Source: Bacillota bacterium
GTDB taxonomy: Bacteria > Bacillota > Clostridia > Tissierellales > Peptoniphilaceae
DNA: 64,000 bases
Direction: 5' to 3'
Assembly: GCA_029003555.1 (NCBI GenBank)
Contig: JAQYCE010000050.1
Location: 10 to 64,009 of the forward strand
Below are positions 60,159 through 64,000 of the stretch, piece after piece (position 1 is the stretch's first letter; every line of letters starts with the position of its first letter). Both the position numbers and the translations under genes were made by a program. The notes beneath the pieces were generated by a model. It did no database searches, had not been told where the DNA came from, and was given only the letters and a program-made list of their open reading frames with translations.

Positions 60159-61096
60159 TGGATAAAGCAAGGATTCAATCCGACCCCCGCCTCCAAACCA
60201 AGCTGGGGGACTGGGTCCTGGACAACCCCATCATCCCCGCATCGGGGACTTTCGGCTTCGGCCTGGAATTCAAGGACCTCTATGACCTCAATGTCCTGGG
60301 ATCCATCTCCATCAAGGGAACCACCCGGGAGGCTCGGCCGGGCAACCCCCTTCCCCGGATCGCTGACGCCCCCTCCGGCATGCTCAATGCGGTGGGGCTG
60401 GAAAATCCGGGCGTGGACCTGGTCCTCCACTCCTACCTCCCCCGGATGAAGGACTTCTTCGCCAAGAAGGTCATTGCCAACGTCTCCGGCTTTTCCATCG
60501 ACGACTATGTGACCTGCGCTTCAAAAATCGAGGAGGCCGACAACGTGGCCATCCTGGAAATCAACATCTCCTGCCCCAATGTCCATGGGGGCGGCATGGC
60601 CTTCGGTCTGGACCCCGCCATGGCCAAGAAGGTCACCCAGGAGGTCAAGGCAGCCTGCAAGAAGCCGGTCTACGTCAAGCTCTCCCCCAACGTCGCCTCC
60701 ATTGCCGATATCGCCCGGGCCTGCGAAGAGGGCGGGGCCGACGGCCTCTCCCTGGTCAACACCTTCCTGGGCATGCGGCTGGACCTCAAGACCCGGAGGC
60801 CCCTCCTGGCCAACCGGACGGGAGGCCTCTCCGGCCCGGCCATCTTCCCCCTGGCCCTCCGGATGGTCTATGACGTCTATGAGGCCACCGACCTCCCCAT
60901 CATCGGGATGGGCGGGATTGCCAAGGCAGAGGACGTCCTGGAGATGGTCATGGCCGGGGCCTCCGCTGTCCAGGTCGGGGCCCAAAACCTGGTCGACCCC
61001 TGCGTCTGCCCGAGGATCATCCAAGAGCTCCCCGCCGCCATGGACGCCTACGACATCTCCTCCCTCCAAGACATCATCGGCATAAGCCACAAATGA
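60152..61096 (+). CDS. pyrD: Dihydroorotate dehydrogenase 1B catalytic subunit
   Basis: 'ASGTFG', 'NAVGLENPG', 'EINISCPNV', 'KLSPN', 'GGLSG'. Confidence 0.95.
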   Translation: MVMDKARIQSDPRLQTKLGDWVLDNPIIPASGTFGFGLEFKDLYDLNVLGSISIKGTTREARPGNPLPRIADAPSGMLNAVGLENPGVDLVLHSYLPRMKDFFAKKVIANVSGFSIDDYVTCASKIEEADNVAILEINISCPNVHGGGMAFGLDPAMAKKVTQEVKAACKKPVYVKLSPNVASIADIARACEEGGADGLSLVNTFLGMRLDLKTRRPLLANRTGGLSGPAIFPLALRMVYDVYEATDLPIIGMGGIAKAEDVLEMVMAGASAVQVGAQNLVDPCVCPRIIQELPAAMDAYDISSLQDIIGISHK

Positions 61097-61107
61097 AAGG
61101 ACCAAGT

Positions 61108-61824
61108 ATGACAAAAATCAACCAAGGCCAAGTCATTGTCGCCCTTGATTTTCCGGGCAAAAAAGAAACCATGGCCTTCCTGGACCACTTCGACTCCCCC
61201 ATCTACGTCAAGGTAGGTATGGAGCTCTTCTATAAGGAAGGGCCGGCCATCATCCGGGAGATCAAGGACCGGGATCATAAGATCTTCCTGGACCTCAAGC
61301 TCCACGACATCCCCAACACGGTCGAAATGGCCATGAGGTCCCTGGCCGGGCTGGATGTGGATATGGTCAACCTCCACGCCCAGGGAGGTCGGGCCATGAT
61401 GGAGGCGGGCCTACGGGGCCTGGAAGAAGCCAGCCGGGCTGCCGGAAAAACCCGTCCCCTCCTCATCGCCGTCACCCAACTCACCTCCACCTCCCAGGAG
61501 GTCATGAACCGGGAGCTAGCCATCTCCGGCAAGCTGGAGGATGTGGTGGTCCACTATGCCAAGCTGGCCAAGGAAGCCGGACTGGACGGGGTGGTCTCCT
61601 CCCCCCTGGAGTCCCCCATGATCCATGAGGCCCTAGGTTTGGACTTCCTGACCGTCACCCCGGGCGTCCGCTTCCAGGGCCAGGCCACCCAGGACCAAAA
61701 GCGGGTCACCACCCCTGCCAGGGCCAGGGAACTCACCTCCTCCTACATTGTCATGGGCCGGGCCATCACCCAGGCCCCGGACCCCCTGGCCGCCTACGAA
61801 GAGGCCAGCCGAGACTTCCAATAG
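61108..61824 (+). CDS. pyrF: Orotidine-5'-phosphate decarboxylase
   Basis: 'VALD', 'KVGMEL', 'FLDLKLHDIPNT', 'TPGVR'. Confidence 0.95.
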   Translation: MTKINQGQVIVALDFPGKKETMAFLDHFDSPIYVKVGMELFYKEGPAIIREIKDRDHKIFLDLKLHDIPNTVEMAMRSLAGLDVDMVNLHAQGGRAMMEAGLRGLEEASRAAGKTRPLLIAVTQLTSTSQEVMNRELAISGKLEDVVVHYAKLAKEAGLDGVVSSPLESPMIHEALGLDFLTVTPGVRFQGQATQDQKRVTTPARARELTSSYIVMGRAITQAPDPLAAYEEASRDFQ

Positions 61825-61870
61825 CCGGCAAAAGCCAACTGCCACCCCACTGAACGCAGAAAGGATCCCT

Positions 61871-62509
61871 ATGACCTCACCATCCCCCATTGCCCAAGGC
61901 CTCCTGGATATCCAGGCGGTCTTCCTCCGGCCCGGACAGCCTTTCACCTGGGCCTCCGGAATCAAATCCCCCATCTACACCGACAACCGCCTCATCCTCT
62001 CCTACCCGGACTTCCGGGCCCAAGTGGAGGAAGGCCTTGCTGAACTGGTCAAGGTCCACTTCCCTGAAGCCCAGGTCCTCATGGGAACCGCCACGGCAGG
62101 CATTGCCCATGCCGCCCTGGTCGCCGACCGCCTGGACCTCCCCATGGGCTATGTCCGGTCCGGGTCCAAGGACCATGGCCGGCAGAACCGGATCGAAGGT
62201 CGCCTGAACCCGGGCGACAAGGTCGTGGTCATCGAAGACCTCATCTCCACCGGGGGATCCCTCCTGGATGTGGTTGAGGCTTTGGAGGAGGCCGGGGCCC
62301 AGGTCATCGGGGCCTGCGCCATCTTCACCTACGCCATGGACAAGTCCGTCCAGGCCTTCCGTGACCACCCCCTGGAGGTCCACACCCTGACCACTTTCGA
62401 CGACATCGTCGACACGGCTCTGAAAACGGGCCATATTGAAGAAGAAGACCGAGCCAAGCTCATGGCCTTCCGTGACCACCCCCAGGATGAATCCTGGATC
62501 CACGCCTAA
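61871..62509 (+). CDS. pyrE: Orotate phosphoribosyltransferase
   Basis: 'FTWASGIKSPIYTDNR', 'VIEDLISTGGS'. Confidence 0.95.
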   Translation: MTSPSPIAQGLLDIQAVFLRPGQPFTWASGIKSPIYTDNRLILSYPDFRAQVEEGLAELVKVHFPEAQVLMGTATAGIAHAALVADRLDLPMGYVRSGSKDHGRQNRIEGRLNPGDKVVVIEDLISTGGSLLDVVEALEEAGAQVIGACAIFTYAMDKSVQAFRDHPLEVHTLTTFDDIVDTALKTGHIEEEDRAKLMAFRDHPQDESWIHA

Positions 62510-62518
62510 GGAGGAAGC

Positions 62519-63451
62519 ATGAAAAAAGACTTAATCACCATCTCCGACCTGACCGTCGAAGAAATCGACCAGCTCATCGAGGTGGGCAAGGACATCAAGG
62601 ACCACCCCCAAGACTACCAGGAAGTCTGCGCCCACAAGATCCTGGGCACCCTCTTCTATGAGCCCTCCACCCGGACCCGGCTCTCCTTCACCTCCGCCAT
62701 GATGTCCATGGGCGGCCAGGTCCTGGGCTTCTCTTCGGCCGGAAACTCCTCCGTTGCCAAGGGCGAGTCCGTGGCGGATACGGCCAAGACCGTGGAATGC
62801 TTCGCCGACATCATCGCCATGCGCCATCCCAAAGAAGGGGCCCCCTATGTCGCGGCCCACAACGTGGATATCCCAGTCATCAACGCCGGCGATGGCGGCC
62901 ACCACCACCCCACCCAGACTCTGACCGACCTGATCACCATCTCCCTGGAGATGGGCCGGTTGGACAACCTGGTCGTGGGTTGTTGCGGCGACCTCAAGTT
63001 TGGCCGGACCGTCCACTCCCTCATCATGGCCATGTCCCGCTACGCCAATATCAAGTTTGTCCTCATCTCCCCCGATGAGCTCAAGATTCCGGAAAACGTC
63101 AAGACGGAAATCCTGGATGCCAAGGGAATCCCTTATGAAGAAGTCTCCAGCCTGGATGAAGCCATCCCCAAGCTGGACATCCTCTATATGACCCGGGTCC
63201 AGAAGGAGCGCTTCTTCAATGAGGCCGACTACCTCCGCCTTAAGGACTCCTACATCCTGACCCCCCATAAACTGAGAAATGCCAAAGAGGATATGCGGAT
63301 CCTCCACCCCCTGCCCCGGGTCAATGAGATCTCCACGGCGGTGGATAAGGATCCCAGGGCGGCCTACTTCCGCCAGGTCCAAAATGGCAAGTACATCCGA
63401 ATGGCACTGATTATGAAGCTGCTGGGACTCAGCAAGGAGGCTCACCAATGA
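62519..63451 (+). CDS. pyrB: Aspartate carbamoyltransferase catalytic chain
   Basis: '[12 protein letters not shown]', 'NAGDG..HPTQ', 'YMTRVQKER', 'HPLP'. Confidence 0.96.
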   Translation: MKKDLITISDLTVEEIDQLIEVGKDIKDHPQDYQEVCAHKILGTLFYEPSTRTRLSFTSAMMSMGGQVLGFSSAGNSSVAKGESVADTAKTVECFADIIAMRHPKEGAPYVAAHNVDIPVINAGDGGHHHPTQTLTDLITISLEMGRLDNLVVGCCGDLKFGRTVHSLIMAMSRYANIKFVLISPDELKIPENVKTEILDAKGIPYEEVSSLDEAIPKLDILYMTRVQKERFFNEADYLRLKDSYILTPHKLRNAKEDMRILHPLPRVNEISTAVDKDPRAAYFRQVQNGKYIRMALIMKLLGLSKEAHQ

Positions 63452-63879
63452 TTTTAGGCGATTTACAAGAAGGCATCGTCATCGACCACATCCCCAACGG
63501 CAAGGGCCGCATCCTCTACCACCACCTGGGCTTGGACCAACTGGACTGCCAGGTTGCCCTCATCGAACACGCCGATTCCAAAAAGAAGGGCAAGAAGGAC
63601 ATCCTCAAGGTCGCCAAACCCCTTGACCTGGACTTCGCCCTCTTGGGTTACTTTGACCCCAAGATCTCCGTCAACATCATCAAAGACAACCACGTCGTCA
63701 AAAAAATCCACCCCGAACTCCCGGAGAAAATCACTAACATCCTCCATTGCAAAAACCCCCGCTGCATCACCTCCATTGAGCAGGAACTCCCCCATGTCTT
63801 CCGCCTGACCGACCCGGAAACCAAGACCTACCGCTGCATCTACTGCGACACCATCGGGAAGTCTCTGGAAGACGAATAA
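63448..63879 (+). CDS. pyrI: Aspartate carbamoyltransferase regulatory chain
   Basis: 'GIVIDHI', 'KKDILK', Zn ligands '[12 protein letters not shown]'. Confidence 0.92.
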   Translation: MILGDLQEGIVIDHIPNGKGRILYHHLGLDQLDCQVALIEHADSKKKGKKDILKVAKPLDLDFALLGYFDPKISVNIIKDNHVVKKIHPELPEKITNILHCKNPRCITSIEQELPHVFRLTDPETKTYRCIYCDTIGKSLEDE

Positions 63880-63914
63880 CGACGACCCTTAAAATAACGA
63901 CCCCCAGACAGGAC

Positions 63915-63989
63915 GACCTCCAGGCCCACTTTCGCTTAGGCAAATCCTTCGGATTTGCAATGCGCTCAAGTTGGGCCTGGGGGTCTTTT
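63915..63989 (+). repeat. Nested inverted repeat after pyrI (terminator-like or REP-like)
   Basis: Outer arms GACCTCCAGGCCCA/TGGGCCTGGGGGTC, inner arms GCAAATCC/GGATTTGC, then TTTT. Confidence 0.55.
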
Positions 63990-64000
63990 GCTTGGTGGGG

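Noticed and set aside
1-64000. CRISPR arrays, tRNA/rRNA, IS elements, prophage or defence genes
   Set aside because: No regularly spaced repeats, cloverleaf or rRNA signatures, or transposase, integrase or phage motifs were seen; intergenic gaps are short and mostly explained by promoters and terminators.

Overview
GC-rich chromosomal window from a Gram-positive anaerobe (Firmicutes). CWB2 cell-wall-binding proteins and the absence of the sporulation genes usually found in this neighbourhood suggest a Tissierellia/Peptoniphilaceae-like organism (inference). 1-18.3 kb is the conserved minus-strand cluster rpsT, two lepB, lepA, hemW, hrcA (with CIRCE), grpE, dnaK, dnaJ, prmA, mtaB, hit, rpsU, nfeD, floA, phoH, an in-frame ybeY-era fusion and recO. 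18.5-45 kb, between rpsT and holA, is an accessory stretch: a 2000-aa CWB2-anchored GH2 beta-galactosidase, an aldo-keto reductase, an AT-richer sortase-B pilus locus with a SipA-like pseudo-peptidase, a femAB-fruK-fruA-lipid kinase run whose fruA is split by a single in-frame TGA, a galactose operon (mglBAC, mutarotase-like gene, galK) and an ABC exporter pair. 45-64 kb holds holA, potABCD, tpx, a tightly packed run (iscS, thiI, an uncalled 50-aa membrane protein, DUF697, a CWB2-thermonuclease, apt), a YprB-like gene and a PyrR-attenuated pyrRCKDFEBI operon. I recognised no rRNA, tRNA, CRISPR array, transposase or integrase. All calls come from motif recognition by eye; no searches were run.
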